DNA of 64,000 nt from the sequence record PZ338877.1. One strand, given 5' to 3'. A model generated the notes under the pieces. That model was not told where the DNA came from. It saw nothing but the letters and a program-made list of their open reading frames with translations, and did no database searches. This DNA is from a phage. A program made the translations under genes and the position numbers. Positions 46,534-54,614 of this stretch are shown piece after piece (the stretch's first letter is position 1; every line of letters starts with the position of its first letter).

Positions 46534-48008
46534 TATTTATTTGCCTTATTTGCTGTGCTTGGGTCTTTTGCTGAAGGTGTCTTTGCAGTACCTTCTCCAG
46601 CGGTCTTATAACCATCTCCTGAACGGCTTTGGCTATTCGGAGAAAGCTTTTCAGATACTGGCTGAGACTCATCAGCAGGAGGAAGACCAATATGCTCTCT
46701 AAGTTTGTTAGATAGCTCTTTGTCAACTTCCAAAGCACCTACTGCAACAGTCTTCTGAATATAAGAACCAATTGCTTCAAGGTCTGGAGTTTCGATATCA
46801 TCATATGTGATTTGTACATGTTCTTCATCATCCCACATATTAAGAGCATAAGTCTGCGCAACTAAATCACGGTTAATTACGTTCTTAATTTGCTTCAGCA
46901 GAATATCTACTGACATTGCTAATAAGCTTGTCTTAGAATCTGCAAGAGAGAATGAACCATATTTTGACTGACCCATAGCAAGAACATCTGACATAAATGC
47001 CATCATAATCTGCTTAGAATACCTGTCAATAATAGAACCTGTGTCATATGCTTTAGCACCCTGTCTAGAAACTAATGAGAACTCAAAAATATCCTCTTTA
47101 GTATCTGGGTCGATATATCTAGGCCAGATTAAACCTGCTCTGTCGTTAGCAATCATATCATTAACAACAGTTTTGCAGTATTGTACGAAAGCTTTCTTTT
47201 CAGGTTCTGCATTTTCATCCAGATAATCTGGTGGTAAACCAATCTTTGGCATACCCACTAAGTCTCTTGAAACACCAACAGCTTCATACTCTTCAATCTG
47301 TACTTTATACTTCCACGGTACATAAGCATTAAGTAATGGTGAACGACCTTCTGGGTTACCATACTCATCATCATACTTAAACAGCATGAATTTAGCTCGT
47401 GGGAGTTTTCTTGTTAGTGGTCTTTCTCCAAGATTAATTGCTCCAGCAATATGTGAAACATTTCTCAGATTTTGTCTTACACCAGTAACTTTTCTAAAGT
47501 CTTCGTCAAAATACCACTTATCAAGTGTTGACTGGTTTCTGATTGGTAATTTAGCCCACCCAATTAGACCATCATCAAATTTTGACTGATACTTTCCTTT
47601 CTTACCCTGACGTTTCTTATAAACCTTTTCGTTAACACAGAACCCATAAGTGCAGAATGACATTACAGAGTTAATAAAATCTGCCCAATCATGCTCCATG
47701 TCATCCATTAAAGAATTAAAGAAGTCTGCTCTTTCAAGCATTTTAGGGTCTTGCTCTTTTCCCTTTGGAGGTACGAATCTCCAGTTGACTTTTCTGACAA
47801 ACATCTTAATAATATTTACAGATGCTGCTACAGCAGGGTCACGCATCATTAATTGGAAAGTTTTAATACTTTCAGGGAACCTTAGTGCCTGACGAGGTTC
47901 TTCATAGATTCTACCATTCTTAACCTTCAGACCCAAAGAACCTACTTCACCCATTCTAAATGGTGGTAAGCTTTCTTGTGTTTCTGTAATTTCTGCCATT
48001 CTTCTCAC
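46533..48008 (-). CDS. portal protein
   Basis: 491 aa immediately downstream of terminase large subunit. Confidence 0.75.
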   Translation of the reverse strand: MRRMAEITETQESLPPFRMGEVGSLGLKVKNGRIYEEPRQALRFPESIKTFQLMMRDPAVAASVNIIKMFVRKVNWRFVPPKGKEQDPKMLERADFFNSLMDDMEHDWADFINSVMSFCTYGFCVNEKVYKKRQGKKGKYQSKFDDGLIGWAKLPIRNQSTLDKWYFDEDFRKVTGVRQNLRNVSHIAGAINLGERPLTRKLPRAKFMLFKYDDEYGNPEGRSPLLNAYVPWKYKVQIEEYEAVGVSRDLVGMPKIGLPPDYLDENAEPEKKAFVQYCKTVVNDMIANDRAGLIWPRYIDPDTKEDIFEFSLVSRQGAKAYDTGSIIDRYSKQIMMAFMSDVLAMGQSKYGSFSLADSKTSLLAMSVDILLKQIKNVINRDLVAQTYALNMWDDEEHVQITYDDIETPDLEAIGSYIQKTVAVGALEVDKELSNKLREHIGLPPADESQPVSEKLSPNSQSRSGDGYKTAGEGTAKTPSAKDPSTANKANK

Positions 48009-48015
48009 CTAGCTA

Positions 48016-49632
48016 TCAACGTCTAAGCCCCTCATATGGGTTTCCTCTCACTAAGTCTGTGTGAGCACCCATTGATGGTGGCTTGAATAATTTAACTTCG
48101 TTAAGACTGTTGAAAGCATCACTGGTAGCATCCACTTGGTCATCTTTAGTTTTACCGTCACCACAAAAACCTTCAAGTTCTTGAAAGTAAGCTTCGTTCC
48201 AACTGCCTCTCAAGACTTTTACAAGTCCAGCTTCAGAAGCAGCAGAAAATCCCGCAAAGCGGGTAACTTTATCTTTATTTGTTGGTTTAGCTCTTGCGCG
48301 ATAACCTTTCTCGGCAAGTTTCCTGATGAGGGATGTTGCATAGGATTTACCAGCAGCGCCTGGGTCTTGAGGGATAAAAATACCAGTTCGCTTACCGTCA
48401 CTTTCAGCAGTCAAATTAATTTGTGTTTCGACTCCAGAGGGTCTATCTCTAAATCTTACTACATCAATGATATAATAGCAACCGTCTTTTTTAGATTTAC
48501 CCATCTTAACACCCGCTGTCCAGTCTGGGTTAGGGTTAATTTCAGATGGTAAAGTTGCTGCTAAGTCCCATGCTCTGACATCAAACACATCTTCTGGGAG
48601 TGAATCAACAATCTCACACCATTGTCTTTGCCAATAGTTTGAACCTTCTGCACGAGCCTTCCAGTTACCGAAACGAAGTCTTGCAACGTTTACAGGTGTG
48701 TTGTTTTCCAACTTACCACGATACTTAGGCTCTAAGAAGTCAAGAATTGGGTTATCATCAATCGTACCAGAGATGAAGGTGTATGTCTGAGGAATCTCAA
48801 GAGGGAACATTTCAAGAATCTTGTCTCTCTCCCAATCAGAAACCATCACACCATCATTCATAACATACCAACGAATACGACCACATTTCTCAGGGTCTGG
48901 GTAACCTTCTTCATCTAAGAATGGCTCTACCCAATCATAAATGAAGTGGTCTCTATCTGGGTTCATAGAAATCTTCATGTATGAATCGCCTTCAGCACCA
49001 GAACGTAGACGGGTCTGTAGGTATGAAATCTGTGAAGCAGAAAAGTGCGTACCTTCGTCAAAGTAGATAGCTGAGTACTCAATACCCTGATGACCTTCAG
49101 CGTGCTTTTCAAGTTCTAGGTAGGTAAACTTAATAGTTGCCCCAGAAGGGAACGTGATAGTCATCTTCTGCTCGTGAGGAACCCCACCAAACTTACCAAA
49201 TAGTTTCTTTGCAGCAGGCCATAAACCACCTTGTAACTGTGTTGTATTTCGACGGAAATATACAGCGTTATAGTTAGGGTCTTCAATAAACCTTAAAGAG
49301 TCCATTAACAATGCAGCAGTCTTACCAGCACCAGCAGCACCACCATATAGAACCAAGTCAGCATTAGTATTTAAAAAGACCTCTTGAGAACCCGGCTGAG
49401 GGGCTACATAGTTCTTATCAGTCATCAATTTGAAGATAAGTCTAACTTGGTCTGGTGTGTATCTTAATAAAGTCAGAATTTGAGTTGGAAGGAATTTAGA
49501 GGGGTCTTTACCGAATGATTTGATAATTTCTTTTACTTCATCAGAAAGCCCCAACTCTCCAGCTAGGACTTTCCTAACATCTTCCACTCGCTTCTGCTTA
49601 ACAGCATTTAAGTCCATTAAGCACCTCCGCAA
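48016..49632 (-). CDS. terminase large subunit
   Basis: 538 aa; Walker A LYGGAAGAGKTAAL; C-terminal nuclease-like region. Confidence 0.85.
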   Translation of the reverse strand: MRRCLMDLNAVKQKRVEDVRKVLAGELGLSDEVKEIIKSFGKDPSKFLPTQILTLLRYTPDQVRLIFKLMTDKNYVAPQPGSQEVFLNTNADLVLYGGAAGAGKTAALLMDSLRFIEDPNYNAVYFRRNTTQLQGGLWPAAKKLFGKFGGVPHEQKMTITFPSGATIKFTYLELEKHAEGHQGIEYSAIYFDEGTHFSASQISYLQTRLRSGAEGDSYMKISMNPDRDHFIYDWVEPFLDEEGYPDPEKCGRIRWYVMNDGVMVSDWERDKILEMFPLEIPQTYTFISGTIDDNPILDFLEPKYRGKLENNTPVNVARLRFGNWKARAEGSNYWQRQWCEIVDSLPEDVFDVRAWDLAATLPSEINPNPDWTAGVKMGKSKKDGCYYIIDVVRFRDRPSGVETQINLTAESDGKRTGIFIPQDPGAAGKSYATSLIRKLAEKGYRARAKPTNKDKVTRFAGFSAASEAGLVKVLRGSWNEAYFQELEGFCGDGKTKDDQVDATSDAFNSLNEVKLFKPPSMGAHTDLVRGNPYEGLRR

Positions 49633-49638
49633 ATAGAA

Positions 49639-49839
49639 TTATTCAGAGTCTGTAGCAGTCTCTTCTTTCTTAACTTCGAACTTTGCATCAACAGCATCAA
49701 GAAGTGCATCCATAGATGCTTCTTTGATATCAATACCTGTTGCTACAGACAATCTGTCTGCAATTGCCATGATAGTATTCTGCATAAATTCTAGCTTCTT
49801 ATTAGCTTCATAAAGTTCTTTATAAACGGTCTCGCTCAT
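49639..49839 (-). CDS. hypothetical small protein upstream of terminase (possible small terminase-associated)
   Basis: 66 aa. Confidence 0.3.
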   Translation of the reverse strand: MSETVYKELYEANKKLEFMQNTIMAIADRLSVATGIDIKEASMDALLDAVDAKFEVKKEETATDSE

Positions 49840-49964
49840 TATGTTTTCTCCAAATAATTAACCATGTTTCCCCTTAAAAAAGACGGTACAGAGACCGTCA
49901 AGGAGAAACCACAATGTACGTCAGAGACATACTGTATAAGGCTTCTTATAAAGTATAACTCTGT

Positions 49965-50024
49965 AAAAAAGCCCTGTCTAAAAATACTCTTCGGTAGCGA
50001 AAGGAAGAATACTTATAGCAGGGC
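49965..50024 (-). terminator. terminator at 3' end of tRNA array
   Basis: long imperfect hairpin closed by GCCCTG/CAGGGC followed by U6 on minus strand, about 40 nt downstream of tRNA-Cys. Confidence 0.55.
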
Positions 50025-50061
50025 ATTATTATTATTTTAATTGAGAGAGAGTAAAATAACT

Positions 50062-50137
50062 TGGAGAATCCGAAGGGACTCGAACCCTTATAAACCTGTT
50101 TTGCAGACAGGCACATATCCATTTCTGTCACGGATTC
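50062..50137 (-). tRNA. tRNA-Cys (anticodon GCA)
   Basis: minus-strand cloverleaf: T-arm AAGGG-ACTCGAA-CCCTT, anticodon arm CCTGT-TTTGCAG-ACAGG, acceptor CGGATTC, CCA encoded. Confidence 0.8.
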
Positions 50138-50141
50138 AAAT

Positions 50142-50234
50142 TGGAGGAAGATACCAGACTTGAACTGGTACACCGATTTCTCAGCTACTGGCAGTTTAGC
50201 AAACTGCTCCCTTACCTTTTAGGGTTAATCTTCC
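50142..50234 (-). tRNA. tRNA-Ser (anticodon GCU), class II
   Basis: T-arm ACCAG-ACTTGAA-CTGGT, anticodon arm GCAGT-TTAGCAA-ACTGC, 21-nt variable arm, 7-bp acceptor, CCA encoded. Confidence 0.75.
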
Positions 50235-50235
50235 A

Positions 50236-51033
50236 TTATTTCTGTAATGCGTTCTTCATTTCTGGTGTTGCAATAGTGTCAATCACACCAGTTTTACAAG
50301 CATCATCAAACCAGTCTGGTAAGATACCTGCTAAGAACCCATTGATATTCGTTTTAAGGTACTCTGCAATAAGGGCAGCTTCTTCTTCAATCATCTGCAC
50401 AACTTCATCTGCATAAGCTGTAATCTTCGAGATACCTTCATTAATCTTACTAACAGCTTGATTAGCTAAATCAGAAATAGTATCAAGACCTTTATCAATA
50501 GCATCCTGTAAGTCGCTTAATACACCATTAACGCCATCTAGTGTGCTGTTAATTGTATCCATAGCTTTTTGACCATACTCTGTAGCAACACCCATAATAC
50601 CACTAAATGGTGTACAACCAACTTGCTCTCCTGCTGCACCCATAACATTGGAGTAGCCTTTTGCTACCTGCATACGTGAGGAAAACTCATCAATAGATTT
50701 TTGACCATAATCTGTCAATGTTTTAGTAGTTGCTGTAGTGCTTGTCAGACTCGTTGTAAAGCTATTAAGCAGAACTGTTGTAAGTCCAGCAGCAATGAGC
50801 TTATCCTTCATTGTAGGGTCTGTTACAGAGCTAATAGAGCTTACAAGTGATGTAGAGGCAGCTACGGTTCCACCTAGAACTGCTGCACCAGTAATAAGGG
50901 GATTAGAAAACCCTCTACCGGTTTTTAAGAGATTAAAAATCTCCTTACCTTGTTCTGTCATCTCTTTCATTAAGCACCTTTGAAATTGGTAGTCCAGTGG
51001 GATTTGAACCCTCTTCTCATGTTTTTCAGACAC
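50236..51033 (-). CDS. hypothetical Ser/Thr/Ala-rich protein embedded in tRNA array
   Basis: 265 aa ORF between tRNA-Ser and tRNA-Phe. Confidence 0.45.
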   Translation of the reverse strand: MSEKHEKRVQIPLDYQFQRCLMKEMTEQGKEIFNLLKTGRGFSNPLITGAAVLGGTVAASTSLVSSISSVTDPTMKDKLIAAGLTTVLLNSFTTSLTSTTATTKTLTDYGQKSIDEFSSRMQVAKGYSNVMGAAGEQVGCTPFSGIMGVATEYGQKAMDTINSTLDGVNGVLSDLQDAIDKGLDTISDLANQAVSKINEGISKITAYADEVVQMIEEEAALIAEYLKTNINGFLAGILPDWFDDACKTGVIDTIATPEMKNALQK

Positions 51034-51063
51034 GCGCTTTAACCATATAAGCTACTTGGACTA
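50987..51063 (-). tRNA. tRNA-Phe (anticodon GAA)
   Basis: T-arm GTGGG-ATTTGAA-CCCTC, anticodon arm CATGT-TTTTCAG-ACACG; ends approximate. Confidence 0.65.
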
Positions 51064-51068
51064 TAAAT

Positions 51069-51144
51069 TGGGGTGACCTACGGGATTTGAACCCGTATAG
51101 ACCATGTTCACAGCATGGGTCATTACCATTTATGATAAGGCCAC
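51069..51144 (-). tRNA. tRNA-His (anticodon GUG)
   Basis: T-arm ACGGG-ATTTGAA-CCCGT, anticodon arm CCATG-TTCACAG-CATGG, D-stem TCAT/ATGA, CCA encoded. Confidence 0.8.
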
Positions 51145-51175
51145 ATTTAAGGACTCTCGTAAGAATCCTTAGAAG

Positions 51176-51251
51176 TGGCAGCGGCATAAGGATTTGAACC
51201 TTAATAAGACAGCTTCAGAGACTGCTGCATTGCCAGTTATGCTATACCGCT
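51176..51251 (-). tRNA. tRNA-Gln (anticodon CUG)
   Basis: T-arm TAAGG-ATTTGAA-CCTTA, anticodon loop TTCAGAG (rc CTCTGAA), D-stem GCAT/ATGC, CCA encoded. Confidence 0.75.
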
Positions 51252-51256
51252 AAATT

Positions 51257-51335
51257 TGGTACTCCATATCGGATTCGAACCGATACATAACACAGATTTT
51301 AAGTCTGGCCTCTCTGCCAATTGGAGTAATGGAGC
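51257..51335 (-). tRNA. tRNA with Leu-type anticodon UAA, short variable region
   Basis: T-arm ATCGG-ATTCGAA-CCGAT, anticodon loop TTTTAAG (rc CTTAAAA), 7-bp acceptor; only 79 nt. Confidence 0.6.
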
Positions 51336-51337
51336 AT

Positions 51338-51413
51338 TGGCGGGGGATGTTGGAATTGAACCAACTTCTTCGATTTCAAAGACCGAGGTTTTAACCTTGT
51401 AAACTAATCCCCT
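51338..51413 (-). tRNA. tRNA-Gln (anticodon UUG)
   Basis: T-arm GTTGG-AATTGAA-CCAAC, anticodon arm TCGAT-TTCAAAG-ACCGA, D-stem GTTT/AAAC, CCA encoded. Confidence 0.75.
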
Positions 51414-51421
51414 TTAAATCT

Positions 51422-51979
51422 TTACTTTCTTAGTGGATGAATAAAGAATGCCAACATAACTCTTTCCCTTGAGAATGCTCTTTCTTCTGGGACAACACTT
51501 TTAAGTTTCCATCCAACATAAATTCTCCAGTAGAATTGTTTACCAAAGACTTTAATTGATGGGATAAAGGCGAATAATCCCCAAGCATTACTGTTCCACA
51601 TTAGGAGATAACCTGTCTGATTATCTTCAGGGTCAGAACTTACGTTGATATTACCTTTCCACTTAGTAACATCTTTTACATCTCTTCCTAACACATGGTA
51701 AGAGAAGTTATAAGCTTTGTTTCTCCAGAGCCATCCAACTCTCTGCAAATAGACACCCAGCTTACCAATCTTTCTAATCTTAGCCCATCTTTTAATGTGA
51801 CCTTCATCACCATCAATTGGGTTGTCATATGTCTCCATCCATCTGAATCCGAAAGGTAGATGTCCTTTCTTCTCACTATAGAATGGAACTACAAAAGGTG
51901 CTAAGATAACTGCTAAGGTTGCTGCCAATGGGTCTAACAAAGCTAGGAAAATCCATGAAGCATACTTCAAATATCTCAT
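51422..51979 (-). CDS. membrane protein embedded in tRNA array
   Basis: 185 aa; N-terminal hydrophobic helices (ASWIFLALLDPLAATLAVILAPFVVPF). Confidence 0.45.
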   Translation of the reverse strand: MRYLKYASWIFLALLDPLAATLAVILAPFVVPFYSEKKGHLPFGFRWMETYDNPIDGDEGHIKRWAKIRKIGKLGVYLQRVGWLWRNKAYNFSYHVLGRDVKDVTKWKGNINVSSDPEDNQTGYLLMWNSNAWGLFAFIPSIKVFGKQFYWRIYVGWKLKSVVPEERAFSRERVMLAFFIHPLRK

Positions 51980-51998
51980 CTAAATAGCCTCTTTAAAT

Positions 51999-52074
51999 TG
52001 GTGCAGGATAAGGGATTCGAACCCCTATTAACAGCTTCGTAGACTGCTGCTCTATCCATTTGAACTAATCCTGC
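51999..52074 (-). tRNA. tRNA-Arg (anticodon ACG)
   Basis: T-arm AAGGG-ATTCGAA-CCCCT, anticodon loop TTCGTAG (rc CTACGAA), acceptor GCAGGAT/ATCCTGC, CCA encoded. Confidence 0.8.
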
Positions 52075-52188
52075 TTACCTACAAGAACACCATACAGTTT
52101 TTCACAATCTTTGTTTTTACGTCTGTTTAGGTATGACGCTCTAAACTTTTTTGCTATTGACTTATCACTCATAGTGCTCTCCCAAAAT

Positions 52189-52266
52189 TGGTGTTCCAAG
52201 ACGGATTCGAACCGTCACTAGTACAAGGTTTGAGCTTGCATCCTCTGCCAATTGGGATATTGGAAC
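52189..52266 (-). tRNA. tRNA with Leu-type anticodon CAA, class I-like (78 nt)
   Basis: T-arm GACGG-ATTCGAA-CCGTC, anticodon arm ACAAG-GTTTGAG-CTTGC, perfect acceptor GTTCCAA/TTGGAAC, A73, CCA encoded. Confidence 0.65.
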
Positions 52267-52267
52267 A

Positions 52268-52342
52268 TGGTGCTCACTAAAGGACTTGAACCTTTTTCTT
52301 CATCTTGTAAGGGTGATGTTTTACCATATAAACTAAGCGAGT
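52268..52342 (-). tRNA. tRNA-Val (anticodon UAC)
   Basis: T-arm AAAGG-ACTTGAA-CCTTT, anticodon loop TTGTAAG (rc CTTACAA), D-stem GTTT/AAAC. Confidence 0.7.
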
Positions 52343-52437
52343 ATGAAAGAGGTCTGAAGTTGTGCCGCTCACTCAACTCCGTGGAATTTGTTACGGTCTT
52401 CAGTTGACACCAGCGGTCTTTCACTTGACCTCTGAAT
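52343..52437 (-). ncRNA. structured non-tRNA element inside tRNA array (candidate small RNA)
   Basis: 95 nt between tRNA-Val and tRNA-Thr; closing 7-bp helix AGAGGUC/GACCUCU plus internal inverted repeats; lacks T-loop consensus; contains a GGTCTTCAG motif copy. Confidence 0.3.
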
Positions 52438-52513
52438 TGGTGCTCCCACAAGGATTCGAACCCTGATAAGTTGCTTACAAGGCAACCGTAATAGCCAATT
52501 ATACGATAGGAGC
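52438..52513 (-). tRNA. tRNA-Thr (anticodon UGU)
   Basis: T-arm CAAGG-ATTCGAA-CCCTG, perfect anticodon stem GTTGC/GCAAC with loop TTACAAG. Confidence 0.8.
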
Positions 52514-52520
52514 ATTAATT

Positions 52521-52595
52521 TGGAGCATCCAGAGGGAATCGAACCCTCAACCTCAGTTTGGAAGACTGTAATTTTCCCGTTTAAACTATGGATGC
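52521..52595 (-). tRNA. tRNA-Gly (anticodon UCC)
   Basis: T-arm GAGGG-AATCGAA-CCCTC, anticodon loop TTGGAAG, perfect acceptor GCATCCA/TGGATGC. Confidence 0.8.
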
Positions 52596-52601
52596 ACTAA
52601 T

Positions 52602-52677
52602 TGGTGGAGTCACTGAGAATTGAACTCAGTTCCCAAGTTTGCAAAACTCGAATTTTAACCATATAAACTATGACCCC
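52602..52677 (-). tRNA. tRNA-Ala (anticodon UGC)
   Basis: T-arm CTGAG-AATTGAA-CTCAG, anticodon arm CAAGT-TTGCAAA-ACTCG. Confidence 0.7.
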
Positions 52678-52683
52678 AATGTT

Positions 52684-52759
52684 TGGTACAGGTGGAGGGA
52701 ATTGAACCCATCGTCTTACTGATTAAGAGTCAGCCGCATAACCATTTTGCTACACCTGC
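52684..52759 (-). tRNA. tRNA-Lys (anticodon CUU)
   Basis: anticodon stem CTGA/TCAG with loop TTAAGAG; acceptor ACAGGTG/CACCTGC; paralogous to tRNA at 53998-54073. Confidence 0.7.
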
Positions 52760-52766
52760 ATTGATT

Positions 52767-52844
52767 TGGTAGGAGACAAGGGATTCGAACCCTCAAACAC
52801 CAACTTCTAAGGATGGTAGGTTTACCAATTACCGTCAATCTCCC
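52767..52844 (-). tRNA. tRNA with Leu-type anticodon UAG, class I-like (78 nt)
   Basis: T-arm AAGGG-ATTCGAA-CCCTC, anticodon arm CCAAC-TTCTAAG-GATGG, A73, CCA encoded. Confidence 0.6.
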
Positions 52845-53097
52845 ATTAAATCTTTTTAGAGAACTTCTAAGAACCTAAGCAACAAGGTTCCACAACAAGC
52901 TGTAATAACCTTAGAAGCCCTCTAAAAAGACCTAAATATGTCTTTGCATAGTCTTGTTTAATCCGGTGACTAGAACCTTTGGAGAGCTTGATATTATCTC
53001 TTCTCCGTGACACCTACTAGGTGCTTTATCAGTGTGTACGACAATACACGAGGGATAAACCGAAAATGCGAGCAAGCATGACGGTGTAAATCTTATT

Positions 53098-53188
53098 AGG
53101 CGGTAAGTAAAGGAGTCGAACCCTCACCGTATCTCTACAGTGGCAACAGTTTTCAAGACTGTTTGGCTGCCATTAGCCGCTACCTACC
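53098..53188 (-). tRNA. tRNA-Ser (anticodon UGA), class II
   Basis: T-arm AAAGG-AGTCGAA-CCCTC, perfect anticodon stem ACAGT/ACTGT with loop TTTCAAG, long variable arm. Confidence 0.7.
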
Positions 53189-53201
53189 CCTAATAAGACT
53201 T

Positions 53202-53284
53202 TGGCATGGGACGGAGGAGTTGAACCCCTTTGAAACGGTTTTGGAGGCCGTTGCTCATGCCTTAGAGTCTTAACATCGTCCCAC
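53202..53284 (-). tRNA. atypical tRNA-Trp-like gene (anticodon core CCA, 9-nt anticodon loop)
   Basis: T-arm GGAGG-AGTTGAA-CCCCT, acceptor ATGGGAC/GTCCCAC, CCA encoded; anticodon stem AACGG/CCGTT encloses 9 nt (tRNA sense CCUCCAAAA); D region about 8 nt longer than canonical. Confidence 0.5.
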
Positions 53285-53426
53285 ACTATAATTCGAAGCT
53301 TACCGTATTTTCGCAACACTGTAAAGCCCCTTCTCAGATTATTTACATGTTCTGGAAAACATGAGATACAGACCACCTCCTTACACGGAGACCCGATAAG
53401 GTCGTCTAAGCAATCTGCTAACTATT

Positions 53427-53503
53427 TGGCACACCCTACAGGATTCGAACCTGTAACTAACGATTTAGAAGACCGTTGCTCTATCCAATTGAACTAAGGG
53501 TGC
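53427..53503 (-). tRNA. tRNA-Arg (anticodon UCU)
   Basis: T-arm ACAGG-ATTCGAA-CCTGT, anticodon arm ACGAT-TTAGAAG-ACCGT, D-stem GCTC/GAAC. Confidence 0.8.
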
Positions 53504-53839
53504 ATTAATCTTTAAAGACTCTCTTAGAAAGCCCTTAAAGATGCCCACCTTATTAATCATACCGTGGGCGAGTACGCCAAATTCTTTGATGAGGGATTGG
53601 AAGACCTCACTGGTGTTTAGCCTATCAAGCTACTGCCAGAAAAACATTGTCGTTTGCATTTATTTTAAATTTGCAAAATAGACGCTACGCAACGAAAACT
53701 ATTCAGAATATGTACAACAAATTTCCCCACATTGTGTTACGTCTAACGCTCATGTATTGGTGTTTGAATTATACATATTGTGAAGTATTTTAGTTACTAT
53801 AAAGTGGTCACATCTTAATGTCAACAACTTTATTGAAAT

Positions 53840-53915
53840 TGGTACTGGTAGGTGGAATCGAACCACCGATGTTCCCTTATCAGGGGAGTGTTATAACCTT
53901 CTTAACTATACCAGC
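53840..53915 (-). tRNA. tRNA-Ile (anticodon GAU)
   Basis: T-arm GGTGG-AATCGAA-CCACC, anticodon loop TTATCAG, acceptor ACTGGTA/TACCAGC. Confidence 0.8.
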
Positions 53916-53916
53916 T

Positions 53917-53993
53917 TGGAGGTTCAGATGGGAATCGAACCCACATTCATAGGGCTTATGAGACCCCTGCATTACCTTATCTGCGACTGAACC
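53917..53993 (-). tRNA. tRNA with CAU anticodon (Met/fMet; three G-C pairs in anticodon stem)
   Basis: T-arm ATGGG-AATCGAA-CCCAC, anticodon arm AGGGC-TTATGAG-ACCCC, perfect acceptor GGTTCAG/CTGAACC. Confidence 0.75.
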
Positions 53994-53997
53994 ATAT

Positions 53998-54073
53998 TGG
54001 TAGAAGTGGAGGGATTCGAACCCATCGCCTGTCAGATTAAAAGTCTGCCGCATCACCATTCTGCTACACTTCC
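53998..54073 (-). tRNA. tRNA-Lys (anticodon UUU)
   Basis: anticodon stem CAGA/TCTG with loop TTAAAAG; acceptor AGAAGTG/CACTTCC. Confidence 0.7.
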
Positions 54074-54275
54074 ATTAAATTACCTTTGCAGTAACCTACG
54101 CAGACCTTGCTAAAGGGTCTGTAGAGTCATTTCCTCTTAAGCTAATCTAGAATCATGCTAAGGAAATTCATCGGCACTCATGGGACGACATAATTAGCCA
54201 CATAAGCTACTGCAAAGATAATTACCAGACCGTTGTTTATCATCTTAAGTGCTACCATTACACCAACTCGACATC

Positions 54276-54321
54276 TGCCGAGTGAAGGAATCGAACCTTC
54301 GCCTTTTCTTTACCGGAGAAA
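54276..54321 (-). pseudogene. tRNA-like fragment (3' half only)
   Basis: intact T-arm GAAGG-AATCGAA-CCTTC and 3' acceptor strand plus a 5-7-5 hairpin, but no complementary 5' acceptor strand; anticodon loop has C at position 33. Confidence 0.35.
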
Positions 54322-54336
54322 TAGATTGTTTAAGTT

Positions 54337-54360
54337 TTGCTGTAAACGGTCTTCTGTAAA
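54337..54360. repeat. short repeat family copy (TTGCTGTAAACGGTCTTCTGTAAA)
   Basis: one of 4-5 copies of TTGCTG(Y)A(W)(W)(Y)GGTCTTCTG within tRNA array. Confidence 0.7.
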
Positions 54361-54423
54361 TTTGTTGAGCCAGACCAAGTTTTAAATTTTTCAAAATTAA
54401 ATTGGCTTGAAATTTTAAGTAAC

Positions 54424-54444
54424 TTGCTGTATTTGGTCTTCTGC
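54424..54444. repeat. short repeat family copy (TTGCTGTATTTGGTCTTCTGC)
   Basis: same motif family. Confidence 0.7.
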
Positions 54445-54530
54445 TCCTTTAAAGAATACTCGTAAGAACTCTTTAAGGGAGGGGCTAAATAGCCCTCTCA
54501 AAACATCATCTTGAAATACTTATTATAATT

Positions 54531-54608
54531 TGGCGGTTACGAAGGGATTTGAACCCTCATCATCTCCCGTGACAGGGGAGTATTTTAACCAGATTAAACT
54601 ACATAACC
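54531..54608 (-). tRNA. tRNA-Asp (anticodon GUC)
   Basis: T-arm AAGGG-ATTTGAA-CCCTC, perfect anticodon stem CTCCC/GGGAG with loop GTGACAG. Confidence 0.8.
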
Positions 54609-54614
54609 TTTATT

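Noticed and set aside
52218-52451. 77-aa minus-strand ORF in tRNA array
   Set aside because: Overlaps three tRNA genes and the structured element; tRNA cloverleaves account for the sequence.
53173-53376. 67-aa minus-strand ORF
   Set aside because: Overlaps tRNA-Ser and the Trp-like tRNA; spurious.
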